The notes under the pieces were generated by a model. It worked only from the letters and a program-made list of their open reading frames with translations, had not been told where the DNA came from and did not search any database. A program made the translations under genes and the position numbers. Shown here in pieces: positions 18,466 through 27,591 of a stretch of 49,697 nucleotides of DNA. The stretch's first letter is position 1; every line of letters starts with the position of its first letter. The DNA is from Actinomycetes bacterium (GTDB lineage: Bacteria > Actinomycetota > Actinomycetes > JAHEKZ01), in NCBI GenBank assembly GCA_024644435.1, contig JAHEKZ010000008.1, positions 14,471-64,167 on the forward strand. The letters run 5' to 3'.

Positions 18466-21033
18466 GTGCTGCACACGCAAGAGACGGCCCGCGCCCTGCG
18501 CCGGGCCGAGCAGGGGCGAGAGGTGGACGCGTCCGAGGCGGCAGCGCTCATGGCTGCCAGGGGCCCTGCACTTCAGTCGCTGCTTGCCGTGGCATCAGAC
18601 CTGCGCGACCGAGGGCTCGACGACGGCGGGCGTCCGCGTGTCATCACCTACTCGCGCAAGGTGTTCATCCCGCTCACCCGTCTCTGTCGCGACCGATGCC
18701 ACTACTGCACCTTCGCGGCGGCGCCGGCCGACGTCGGGGCTCCGTACCTGTCGCCGGACGAGGTTCTCGCGATCGCGAGGGCCGGAGCTGCCCAGAAGTG
18801 CAAGGAGGCTCTGTTCACCCTGGGTGACCGCCCTGAGCACCGCTGGCCGCAGGCGCGTACCTGGCTCGACGAGGCGGGGTACGCGAGCACCGTCGACTAC
18901 GTGCGAGCCATGGCCATCCTCGTCCTCGAGGAGACCGGCTTGCTACCCCATCTCAACCCGGGGGTCATGTCGTGGCAGGAACTCGTGCAGCTCAAGCCGG
19001 TGGCCCCGTCGATGGGCATGATGCTCGAGACGACCAGCACGCGACTGTGGTCCGAGCCGGGCCAGCCGCACTACGGATCCCCTGACAAAGAGCCGGCCGT
19101 TCGCCTTGAGGTGCTCGAGAACGCCGGACGCCTCTCGGTGCCCTTCACGACGGGGATCCTGGTCGGTATCGGGGAGACGCTGGTCGAGCGCGCCGAGAGT
19201 CTGCTGGCGATCCGCTCGGCCCACCGCCGCCACGGGCACGTGCAGGAGGTGATCGTCCAGAACTTCCGCTCCAAGCCGCGAACGGCGATGGCCGGCACTC
19301 CTGACCTCGACCCGGAGGACTTCGTGGCCACCGTGGCGACGGCCCGCGTGCTGCTCGGCCCGGCAGTCCGCATCCAGGTGCCTCCGAACCTGTCGGACCT
19401 GGACGCACTTCCAACACTGCTTGCTGCGGGGATCGACGACTGGGGTGGAGTCAGTCCTCTGACACCAGATCACGTCAACCCCGAGCGACCCTGGCCGCAC
19501 GTGACCGAGCTCGCTGAGCAGACCGCTGCGGCCGGGTTCACCCTGCGCGAACGACTGACGGTCCACCCGGCCTACGTGCACCGAGGTGAGAGGTGGATCG
19601 ACCCTCGGCTCGACCGCCATATCGACGCGCTCGCGGAGGCGTCCGGACTGGCGAGCGAAGGCGTCACACCTGCCGGGCTGCCATGGCAGGAGCCTGACCG
19701 CCTCGACGGTGCCGGTCGGGTGGACCTGTATCGCGACGTCGACTCACATGGACGTAGCTCCGCGGTCCGCAGCGATGCCGACAGTGCGTTCGGTTCGTGG
19801 GGTGAGGTCGCCAAGGCTGCCGGGGATGCGACTAGTCCGCCCAGGCTTGACGTCGACGTCCGGGAAGCGCTTCGAGTGGCCGAGATGCAACCGTCCTCAC
19901 TCCTGCGACCAGAGCACGAAGCGCAAGCCCTTGCTCTGCTGTCGGCGCGGGGCCAAGACCTGCAGGCGGTCGCTGACCTGGCGGATGCGGTGCGGCACGA
20001 CACCGTCGGCGATGAGGTCACGTTCGTCGTCAACCGCAACATCAACTTCACGAACGTCTGCTACACCGGGTGCCGGTTCTGCGCCTTCGCGCAGCGTCGT
20101 TCGGATGCCGATGCGTACGAGCTGTCAGCCGAGCAGGTCGTCGCTCGTGCCGCTGAGGCATGGGATCTGGGAGCGACGGAGGTCTGCCTTCAAGGGGGGA
20201 TCGATCCCCAGCTTCCGACGACCCACTACGTCGATCTGGTGCGCTCGATCAAACAGGCCCTGCCCGAGATGCACGTCCACGCCTTCAGCCCGATGGAGGT
20301 CGCCACCGGCGCAGCCCGAGCAGGCGTGCCGATCGTCGAGTTCTTGTCGCTCCTGCAGGAAGCGGGGCTGGGGTCGCTTCCTGGCACAGCCGCGGAGATC
20401 CTCGACGACGACGTGCGCTGGGTCCTGACGAAGGGGAAGCTGCCGACGGCGACCTGGGTGGAGGTGGTCGAGGCAGCTCATCGGCTGGGTCTGCCCACGA
20501 GCAGCACGATCATGTTCGGCCACGTCGACCGGCCGGAGCACTGGCTCACCCACCTCCGCGTGCTGGCCCAGGTGCAGGATCACGCTCGTGACTGCGGCAG
20601 TGGCGGCTTCACGGAGTTCGTCCCGTTGCCCTACATCCATCACTCGGCACCGCTCTACCTGGCGGGAATCGGCCGCGCCGGGCCGACTGCCGACGAGACC
20701 AGGGCCGTGCACGCCGCCGGGCGACTGCTGCTGCACGGCCGGATCGACCATGTGCAGGTCTCGTGGGTGAAGCTGGGCGCTGCTGGCGTGCACACCATGC
20801 TGCGCTCAGGTGCGGACGACCTCGGCGGAACGTTGATGGAGGAGACGATCAGTCGCATGGCCGGGAGCGCGCACGGCTCGGCGACTCCCGTCGCCGACCT
20901 GGTCGGCTGGGCCGCCGACGTGGGGCGCCCCGCTCGCCAGCGGACCACCACGTACGGCTCGGTCACGGCAGAAAGGTCCGAACGGTCGATCCGGACGGGT
21001 GGAGTTCTCCCACAGGACGCTACGAGCCTCTGA
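18466..21033 (+). CDS. fbiC: Bifunctional FO synthase CofG/CofH (FbiC)
   Basis: [21 protein letters not shown] and [17 protein letters not shown] give two radical-SAM CxxxCxxC motifs; [14 protein letters not shown]. Confidence 0.96.
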   Translation: MLHTQETARALRRAEQGREVDASEAAALMAARGPALQSLLAVASDLRDRGLDDGGRPRVITYSRKVFIPLTRLCRDRCHYCTFAAAPADVGAPYLSPDEVLAIARAGAAQKCKEALFTLGDRPEHRWPQARTWLDEAGYASTVDYVRAMAILVLEETGLLPHLNPGVMSWQELVQLKPVAPSMGMMLETTSTRLWSEPGQPHYGSPDKEPAVRLEVLENAGRLSVPFTTGILVGIGETLVERAESLLAIRSAHRRHGHVQEVIVQNFRSKPRTAMAGTPDLDPEDFVATVATARVLLGPAVRIQVPPNLSDLDALPTLLAAGIDDWGGVSPLTPDHVNPERPWPHVTELAEQTAAAGFTLRERLTVHPAYVHRGERWIDPRLDRHIDALAEASGLASEGVTPAGLPWQEPDRLDGAGRVDLYRDVDSHGRSSAVRSDADSAFGSWGEVAKAAGDATSPPRLDVDVREALRVAEMQPSSLLRPEHEAQALALLSARGQDLQAVADLADAVRHDTVGDEVTFVVNRNINFTNVCYTGCRFCAFAQRRSDADAYELSAEQVVARAAEAWDLGATEVCLQGGIDPQLPTTHYVDLVRSIKQALPEMHVHAFSPMEVATGAARAGVPIVEFLSLLQEAGLGSLPGTAAEILDDDVRWVLTKGKLPTATWVEVVEAAHRLGLPTSSTIMFGHVDRPEHWLTHLRVLAQVQDHARDCGSGGFTEFVPLPYIHHSAPLYLAGIGRAGPTADETRAVHAAGRLLLHGRIDHVQVSWVKLGAAGVHTMLRSGADDLGGTLMEETISRMAGSAHGSATPVADLVGWAADVGRPARQRTTTYGSVTAERSERSIRTGGVLPQDATSL

Positions 21034-21066
21034 CCTGCAACGATGCCGGACCGTCAGAGCACATGT

Positions 21067-21082
21067 GTAGTCGTACGACTAC
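21067..21082. promoter_or_regulatory. Perfect 16-bp palindrome upstream of the whiB promoter
   Basis: GTAGTCGTACGACTAC equals its own reverse complement; it lies in an AT-richer intergenic region. Confidence 0.45.
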
Positions 21083-21122
21083 TTACTGTGTCCGCGATTC
21101 AAAACGAATAGCAGAGAAAGTG

Positions 21123-21168
21123 TTGACAGAAGGGTAACGACACCCCTGTAATTCCACGCATGTCGTTT
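21123..21168 (+). promoter_or_regulatory. Putative whiB promoter
   Basis: TTGACA-N18-TGTAAT followed by TGTCGTT. The spacer contains GACAC, the WhiA/WhiB-type core. Confidence 0.55.
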
Positions 21169-21213
21169 GACCGGTCCGTGGTCTGGCGGCACCCGTTGGG
21201 TCGAGGAGGAACG

Positions 21214-21489
21214 GTGACCGAGGCCATCAGTCTGATGGACGTGCAGGAGCTGCAGGACGACCAGGAGGTCGAGCTGACGTGGCAGGAGCGCGCGCTCTGC
21301 GCCCAGACCGATCCGGAGGCGTTCTTCCCGGAGAAGGGCGGGTCGACCCGTGAGGCCAAGAAGGTCTGCCTCGGCTGCGACGTGCGGGGTGACTGTCTGG
21401 AGTATGCGCTCGCCCACGACGAGCGATTCGGCATCTGGGGCGGGCTCTCCGAGCGTGAGCGCCGTCGCCTGAAGAAGGAAGCGGTCTAG
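21214..21489 (+). CDS. whiB: WhiB (WhiB2/WhmD-type) Fe-S transcription factor
   Basis: WQERALCAQTDPEAFFPEKGGSTREAKKVC-x2-C-x5-C...FGIWGGLSERERRRLK; GAGGAGG SD before GTG 21214. Confidence 0.97.
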   Translation: MTEAISLMDVQELQDDQEVELTWQERALCAQTDPEAFFPEKGGSTREAKKVCLGCDVRGDCLEYALAHDERFGIWGGLSERERRRLKKEAV

Positions 21490-21572
21490 CCAAGCGCGGG
21501 GGTCTACCCGAGACTGCGGTCGACCGCGACGCCCGGGCGCCGCCGGTGGCCCCGTAGTGTGGGGCGCCGACC

Positions 21573-24500
21573 ATGAGCCAGGACACCCACCCCTCCCCGA
21601 TGCCCGACGACCGTGGTGTCGTCGCGGTGGTGGTGGCGCATGACGGCGAGGAGTTCCTCCCCCGGACACTGGCAGCTCTGAAGGCCCTCGACCCCAGGCC
21701 GGACACGGTGGTGGCGGTCGACACGGGGTCGACCGACAGCACACCCGCGCTGCTCGCGGCGTCTCCGGCGATCGACCACGTCATCACCCTCCCGGCCGAC
21801 ACCGGCTTTGCATCCGCCGTCCACGCGGGGGTCGAGTCGGTCGCGCACCCCACGGGCTGGCTGTGGCTGTTGCACGACGACAGCGCCCCTGCGCCTGAGG
21901 CGCTCGGCGCCCTCCTTGACTGCGCGGTCGACCAGCCGTCGGTCGCTGTCTGCGGGCCGAAGGTGCTCGGATGGGACGAGCCGCGACGCCTGCTCGAGGT
22001 GGGGGTCACCATCTCTCGATCGGGGAGGCGGCACACGGGCCTGGAGCCAGGGGAGCAGGACCAGGGGCAGTACGAGGGCCAGCGCGACACCCTCGCGGTC
22101 GGAACTGCAGGGCTGCTGGTGCGGCGCGACGTGTGGGACGAACTCGGTGGCCTCGACCGCTCGCTGCACTTCTTCCGGGACGACGTCGACTTCGGTTGGC
22201 GGGCCAATTTGGCGGGCCACCGCGTCGTGGTCGCCACGAGCTCGGTGATCCACCACGCCGAGGCGATGGCGAGGGGGCGTCGGGTCGAGGCCCCGCGGGA
22301 TCCGCACGCTGTCGACCGGGCCAGTGCCCTGTACACGCTCTTGGCCAACGGACGCACGTCCACCCTCGTCTTCCGATGGCTGTGGCTCCTGCTCCAGACG
22401 CTGGTCCGCGCACTGGGGTACGTCCTCGGAAAGGCGCCGCGCGAGGCGGCGGCCGAGCTGAGCGCGGTCTGGACTGTGTTGCTGCGTCCCGGTCGACTGT
22501 GGCGGGCGCGTCGAGAACGTCGAGACCGAAAGGTGCCGGCACGAAGTCTGCGATCGCTCTTTCCGCCGCCAGGCCAACAGGTCCGTCAAACATTCGACAC
22601 CCTCGCGGGGTCGCTGAGTATCGAGACCGACGTGCACCCCAGCACGATCTTGGAGTCCGGTCCGGTGGAGGAAGATCTCGACTCGTTCGTGGCCGCCGGT
22701 TCCGGACGCCTGGGCCGGTGGGTCCGTAGGCCCGGGGTGCTGCTCTTCGCCGGCTTGGTGGCGATCGAGCTGATCGCCTGGCGCGGGCTCTACCGCGGGG
22801 GTGCTCTGCACGGTGGGGCGATGCTGCCGATGCCGTCAGGCGCCAGCGACCTCTGGCAGTCGTACACGGCGTCCTGGCATCCGGTGACCCTGGGGAGCGG
22901 GACGATGGCGCACCCGTCAACGGCAGTGCTGGCTGTGCTGGCCACCGTCCTGCTGGGTCATGCCACGTGGGTGGTGCCGGTCGTGCTCGTCGCCGGTCCG
23001 CCGCTGGCCGGGCTCCTGGCCTACCAGGTGACCCGGTCCTTCGGTCTGTCGCCGCGACTCCGCCTGTGGATCGGCGCCGCCTACGCGCTGAACCCGGTCT
23101 TTCTCGCTGCATCGGCGCAGGGCCGCTGGACGACGGTGCTCGTGGGCGTCGTCGCACCGCTGGCCGCGGTCGCCGTTGCACGAGCGGTGGGGCTCGGGTC
23201 TTCCGGGCGCGGTGATCGCGCCATATCGGTCAGGGCGACGGCGGTTGCTGTCCTGCTCCTCGGGGTGATGCTGGCGCTGGCGCCGCTGCTGATTGTGCCG
23301 TTCCTGGGTGCGGCGATCGCCCTGGGCGTCTGGGCGCCGTCGCCCCGGGCTCGAGCGGTTGCCGTTGTGCTGGCGGTCGGTCCGCCCGCTCTGTTGCTGC
23401 CGTGGTGGTCGGTCGTCGTGAGCGACCCCACGGTTCTGTTGCTCGAGCCGGGCGTGCCGTTGGTGGGCGAATCCCTGGCGCCGTGGCAGGCGGTCTTCTT
23501 CGACGCCGGAGGCTTGTGGTCGGCGCCCTGGTGGTTCGGCCTCGGTCTCGCGCTGGCGGCCCTGGTCGCCGTGCTGCGGGCCCAGCAGGTGGCGCCGGTG
23601 CGAGCGGCGCTGGCCTTCCTCGGTCTGTGCCTGGCGTGGGCTCTGTCCGTCGACACCATCACGGTGACGCCGGACACCAGTGCGCAGCCGGTTGTGGTGT
23701 GGAGCGGTTCGGTGTTGGTGTTGGCACTTGGTGCCAGCCTGGTCGCTGTGGGTACTGCGGCCCGCGGAGGCCGGATGAGACTGCAGCTGGCGACCTTCTC
23801 GTGGCGCCAGCCGACGTTCGCCGCGGTGGCGGCACTTGCTCTGCTGAGCCCACTGCTCTGGGGTGTGACGTGGATCGATCGTGGTGCCGACGGTCCGCTC
23901 GATCGCGGGTCGGCCAACCCGCTCCCGGCCTTCGTCCGAGCACAGTCGGCACTCCCCGAGCAGATTCGAACGTTGGTGCTCGAGCCCGCTGACGGTCGGC
24001 TCGCCTACACGGTTCTGCGATCACGAGATGCGCAGTGGGGTGACATCGAGACCGCGCCACCGGTCGATCGGCTCACCTCGATGAACGCCGTGGTCTCCGA
24101 CCTGGCGTCGGGGCGCGGATCTGCTCCGGTCGACGAGCTGGTGTCCCGTGGTGTCCAGTACGTGTTGGCGGTCGCCCCCGTCGACCACAAGCTCGAGGTC
24201 GCGCTCGACTCGGCTCCGGGGCTGCTCCGTGTCGCCAACCCCGGGCAGTCGTCGCTGTGGCGCGTCGAGCTGGCGGCTGGACGCGTCACTGTGCTCGCCT
24301 CCGACACCAAGCGCGAGGTGCTGGGGTCGGAGGTCTCTGGTGACCCGGTCGCGGCCCAGGTGCAGGTACCGGGGGCTGAGACCGACCGCTTGCTCGAGCT
24401 GGCCGAGCTGGCCGACGACGGGTGGGTCGCGACTGCCACCACGTCGGACCAGACCCGCGAGCTCCCCACGCCGACGGCGTCGGAGTGGGCGCAGCGCTTC

Positions 24501-24647
24501 ATCGTGGGTGCGGCGCCGAGTGACGTGGCGATGGTCGTCGACAACCCATGGCGCAGGGTGTTGCTGTGGGCCCAGCTCCTGGCGGTGGTGGCGCTCGTGC
24601 TCATCGCCCTGCCTGGTCGTTCGCGCCCGGATGAGGGGGCGGTATGA
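21573..24647 (+). CDS. Family 2 glycosyltransferase fused to a large multi-pass membrane domain
   Basis: VDTGSTD, WLWLLHDD and RDDVDFGWRA GT2 motifs followed by many TM segments; conserved position downstream of whiB. Confidence 0.88.
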   Translation: MSQDTHPSPMPDDRGVVAVVVAHDGEEFLPRTLAALKALDPRPDTVVAVDTGSTDSTPALLAASPAIDHVITLPADTGFASAVHAGVESVAHPTGWLWLLHDDSAPAPEALGALLDCAVDQPSVAVCGPKVLGWDEPRRLLEVGVTISRSGRRHTGLEPGEQDQGQYEGQRDTLAVGTAGLLVRRDVWDELGGLDRSLHFFRDDVDFGWRANLAGHRVVVATSSVIHHAEAMARGRRVEAPRDPHAVDRASALYTLLANGRTSTLVFRWLWLLLQTLVRALGYVLGKAPREAAAELSAVWTVLLRPGRLWRARRERRDRKVPARSLRSLFPPPGQQVRQTFDTLAGSLSIETDVHPSTILESGPVEEDLDSFVAAGSGRLGRWVRRPGVLLFAGLVAIELIAWRGLYRGGALHGGAMLPMPSGASDLWQSYTASWHPVTLGSGTMAHPSTAVLAVLATVLLGHATWVVPVVLVAGPPLAGLLAYQVTRSFGLSPRLRLWIGAAYALNPVFLAASAQGRWTTVLVGVVAPLAAVAVARAVGLGSSGRGDRAISVRATAVAVLLLGVMLALAPLLIVPFLGAAIALGVWAPSPRARAVAVVLAVGPPALLLPWWSVVVSDPTVLLLEPGVPLVGESLAPWQAVFFDAGGLWSAPWWFGLGLALAALVAVLRAQQVAPVRAALAFLGLCLAWALSVDTITVTPDTSAQPVVVWSGSVLVLALGASLVAVGTAARGGRMRLQLATFSWRQPTFAAVAALALLSPLLWGVTWIDRGADGPLDRGSANPLPAFVRAQSALPEQIRTLVLEPADGRLAYTVLRSRDAQWGDIETAPPVDRLTSMNAVVSDLASGRGSAPVDELVSRGVQYVLAVAPVDHKLEVALDSAPGLLRVANPGQSSLWRVELAAGRVTVLASDTKREVLGSEVSGDPVAAQVQVPGAETDRLLELAELADDGWVATATTSDQTRELPTPTASEWAQRFIVGAAPSDVAMVVDNPWRRVLLWAQLLAVVALVLIALPGRSRPDEGAV

Positions 24648-26164
24648 GCAGCCTGAGCGTCTGGGCACGGCGTCCGGCCGCGCAGCTGGTTCTCGTGCTC
24701 CTCGTCGTCACCGCGGCAGCGGTGGTCGCGACAGCGGTGTCCGACAACAGCTCAACTCCGGCGGCGGTGACCCCCGAGGTAGTTCCCGTGACCGAGACCA
24801 CGGTGGCCTGCCCCGGACTCCGGTCGCGGCGCGGTTTCACCGAGTCGGCCGTGGCCGCTGCTACACCACCAACGGTGTCCGGGGTCGACCAGACCGATGC
24901 CGGCAGCGGCGTGGTGCGCACGCTCTTCCCGCGCGTCTCGCGTGAGCGAACGCTGATCAGCCTGAACGAGCCCGGCGACCGGGATGCCTATGTCGGGCGC
25001 GACGGTGAGCGCGACTCGGTCACCGGATCGGCCTCCGGTGCGCTGGCGCCCGGGTTCTCGGTGACCCAGACCGAGCGAACGGTCGACGGCGCCGGGCGAG
25101 GTTTGGCGTCCACTCAGTGCCAACCGACGGGCACCGACTTCTGGTTCGTGGGAGCGGCCTCCGGAGTGGGCCAGCGAGCTGTGCTGGTGCTCACCAACCC
25201 CGAGGCGGCCACGGCGATCGTCGACGTAACGTTGCATGGACGCAGTGGCATCGTGGACGCGCCCGGTGCCCGTGGTGTCCAGGTAGGGCCGCGCTCCAGC
25301 GTCAGCCTCCGGCTCGACCAGGTGGCACCCGGCGAGAAGGTGCTTGCCGTGCACGCCCAGGTCCGTGTCGGCCGGTTGTCCGCCGCGATCACCGAGACTG
25401 ACGTGAACGGCTTCGACCCAGGGGGTACCGATTGGCTCCCGGCCGCCATCGCGCCCATCAACGACCTGGTCGTTCCGGGCGTTCCGGCGGTCGCACGCGG
25501 ACGGGACGCCAAGGTCCGGCTCGACATCGTCGCTCCCGGTGAGGCAGCCGTCGTCACCGTGTCGATCGTGACGCCTGAAGGCTCATTCACGCCGCAGGGC
25601 GTCAACATCGTGGACGTACCCGAGCAAGGGGTCGCCTCCGTCGACCTCACCGAGGCGCTCCGCGGTGACCCCGCCGCCATCGTGCTGTCGTCCGACGTAC
25701 CGGTGAGCGCCGGTGCCCGCGTCCTGCTCGAGAAGCCGGACATCTTCGGAGATGTGCTCTTCCTTGCTGCAGCCGATCCCCTCGATGCCGCCGCGGTGGT
25801 GCCCGACAACCGCAGTACCAAGGACCTGCAGACCCGGTTGATCCTGACCGCCCCCGAGTCGGCAGCGAGCGCCGTGATCACCGGCTTCGCGAGGGGCCGC
25901 GAGTGGACTGCCGGCCGGGTCTCACTCGACGCCGGTACGACCAAGGTTGTGACGGTCGACGCCCGCAAGGTCAAGGGCAAACGCGTCGACTCCTACGGTC
26001 TGGTGGTCACGCCGAGCGGCACCGGGCCGTTGTACGGCGTCCGCATGCTCGACGAGGAGGGCCCCCGTGGTCCGCTGGTCTCGTCGTTCCCTCTGACCAC
26101 CGCGCGGTTGCTGGCCGAGGTCCCCGAGGCGTTTCCGAAGATCGTGGTGGGGTCGGCCGGCTAG
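24644..26164 (+). CDS. DUF5719-like membrane-anchored/secreted protein
   Basis: N-terminal TM; CPG...GLASTQC-x-P...WFVGA...LVLTNP pattern; ATGA overlap with GT2. Confidence 0.75.
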   Translation: MSSLSVWARRPAAQLVLVLLVVTAAAVVATAVSDNSSTPAAVTPEVVPVTETTVACPGLRSRRGFTESAVAAATPPTVSGVDQTDAGSGVVRTLFPRVSRERTLISLNEPGDRDAYVGRDGERDSVTGSASGALAPGFSVTQTERTVDGAGRGLASTQCQPTGTDFWFVGAASGVGQRAVLVLTNPEAATAIVDVTLHGRSGIVDAPGARGVQVGPRSSVSLRLDQVAPGEKVLAVHAQVRVGRLSAAITETDVNGFDPGGTDWLPAAIAPINDLVVPGVPAVARGRDAKVRLDIVAPGEAAVVTVSIVTPEGSFTPQGVNIVDVPEQGVASVDLTEALRGDPAAIVLSSDVPVSAGARVLLEKPDIFGDVLFLAAADPLDAAAVVPDNRSTKDLQTRLILTAPESAASAVITGFARGREWTAGRVSLDAGTTKVVTVDARKVKGKRVDSYGLVVTPSGTGPLYGVRMLDEEGPRGPLVSSFPLTTARLLAEVPEAFPKIVVGSAG

Positions 26165-26173
26165 ACCCGACGC

Positions 26174-26599
26174 CTACTCGGCCTCGGGGTCGAGGTCGGT
26201 GGCCGACACCCCGAGCTCAGCGGCCACCTGGGCGGCGAGCGTCTGTCGGACGAGGTGGGTCAGTCCCGCGGTTGTTCCGTCGCTACCGAGCTGCAGCGCC
26301 AGGGCGAACAGGGTGACGGAGACGGTGCCGTCAGCACGGCGTCGCGAGCTCGCGAGGAGCTGACCGTCGATCAGGTCGTCCGGCCCGGCCGCAGTGATCC
26401 GGCCCCGGTCGGGCAGGTCGGCGATCCCCACCGTCAGAGCCGTCAGGGCCGAGCCGGGGTGACCCGCCCTGGCGAGCCGGGCCAGCCGTACCCGGGATGC
26501 CTCGGCGATCGCGCTGAGGCGTCGGCGGCCGACCGGTGCGGACGGGAACGAACCGCCGCCCGCCCGCAGGGAGCGGCCATGTCGATGGTGCCGACTCAC
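26174..26599 (-). CDS. Divergent zinicin-like (metallopeptidase family) protein lacking HExxH
   Basis: N-terminal RHHRHGRSLR and C-terminal LVRQTLAAQVAAELGV...LDPE resemble the protein normally found divergent from DUF3499. Confidence 0.55.
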   Translation of the reverse strand: MSRHHRHGRSLRAGGGSFPSAPVGRRRLSAIAEASRVRLARLARAGHPGSALTALTVGIADLPDRGRITAAGPDDLIDGQLLASSRRRADGTVSVTLFALALQLGSDGTTAGLTHLVRQTLAAQVAAELGVSATDLDPEAE

Positions 26600-26645
26600 C
26601 GAGGACGCCTCATGCGCGGCACCCTAGGTGCAGGTGCGGCCACAC

Positions 26646-26685
26646 GGCGACAGGTGGCGACTGGTGGCGACAGGTGGCGACACGG
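26646..26685. repeat. Four 10-bp direct repeats with GGCGAC core in a divergent promoter region
   Basis: GGCGACAGGT GGCGACTGGT GGCGACAGGT GGCGACACGG, starting at 26646, 26656, 26666 and 26676. Confidence 0.85.
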
Positions 26686-26742
26686 TGGTGGGTAGCGGCC
26701 GAAATGAGCCGATCGGTCCGGCGATGCCGGTACCGTCGCGCC

Positions 26743-27129
26743 GTGAGTCCCATGAGGCGCTGCTCGCGCACCGCGTGCAATCGCGCGGCCGTCATGACCC
26801 TGACGTACGTCTATGCCGACTCCACGGCCGTGCTCGGTCCCCTGGCCACGTACGCCGAGCCACACTGCTACGACCTCTGTGAGGTCCACGGTGAGCGTTT
26901 GACCGCACCTCGCGGGTGGGAGATTCTCCGACTCGCCCCTGATCCGGCCATGCTCGGACCGAGCAGCGACGACCTCGAAGCCCTTGCTGATGCCGTCCGT
27001 GAGGCGGGTCGCCCCACGCACGAGGCCAGCCCGGCCCCGAGCGGGTCGAGCAGGCCGGGGGAAGCGGTCGAGAAGGGTCGGCGTGGGCATCTGTGGGTGC
27101 TCCCGCCGCTGGAGGACACCTCGGTCTGA
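26743..27129 (+). CDS. DUF3499 family protein
   Basis: RRCSRTAC...TLTYVYADSTAVLGPLA...EPHCYDLCEVH...APRGW...DDLEALADAVRE...RRGHL; TACCGT 6 nt before GTG 26743. Confidence 0.92.
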   Translation: MSPMRRCSRTACNRAAVMTLTYVYADSTAVLGPLATYAEPHCYDLCEVHGERLTAPRGWEILRLAPDPAMLGPSSDDLEALADAVREAGRPTHEASPAPSGSSRPGEAVEKGRRGHLWVLPPLEDTSV

Positions 27130-27289
27130 CCCGCGGCATGACCGGTCTGTCCGGTTTAACCGTAATGCCGTGAATCTCCGTGAATTCAACCTCTCGCCCC
27201 CATCCTGCCGATAGCACCTGCGCATCACCGCCCGCCGCCCGTGCGGACCGGTCGACCACTGCCAGACCCGCACCTGAGGAGAACCCATC

Positions 27290-27547
27290 ATGGCCCGTAC
27301 GTCATCGCAGCCCATGGCCGTTCCGCTGGGATCGCTGACCCAGGCGGGTGCGCGTCTCGACATCACCTGCGCCGAGTGCGACAGCGAGCGGGTCACTCAC
27401 CTGGCCATGACGCTGACCGATGGAACGCCGGTTGAGTTCGTCTCGTGCCATCGGTGTGAGCACAAGACCTGGGTGGACGCCAGCGGGGTGCAGCACCGCG
27501 AGCTCCCCGTCGCGAGTGTCCTCGACAAGACGCGCAAGCCTCGCTGA
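27290..27547 (+). CDS. Small hypothetical zinc-ribbon-like protein (CxxC...CxxC)
   Basis: GAGGAG SD; CAEC and CHRC pairs; fills an otherwise empty gap. Confidence 0.75.
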   Translation: MARTSSQPMAVPLGSLTQAGARLDITCAECDSERVTHLAMTLTDGTPVEFVSCHRCEHKTWVDASGVQHRELPVASVLDKTRKPR

Positions 27548-27591
27548 CCGGGGGCAGTCGTGCCCGTCTGGGCTCGGTAGGGTCCAGGCTT

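Noticed and set aside
21516-21527. Palindrome GCGGTCGACCGC after whiB as a terminator
   Set aside because: It is short and GC-rich with no loop or U-tract; GTCGAC-centred palindromes are frequent in this sequence.
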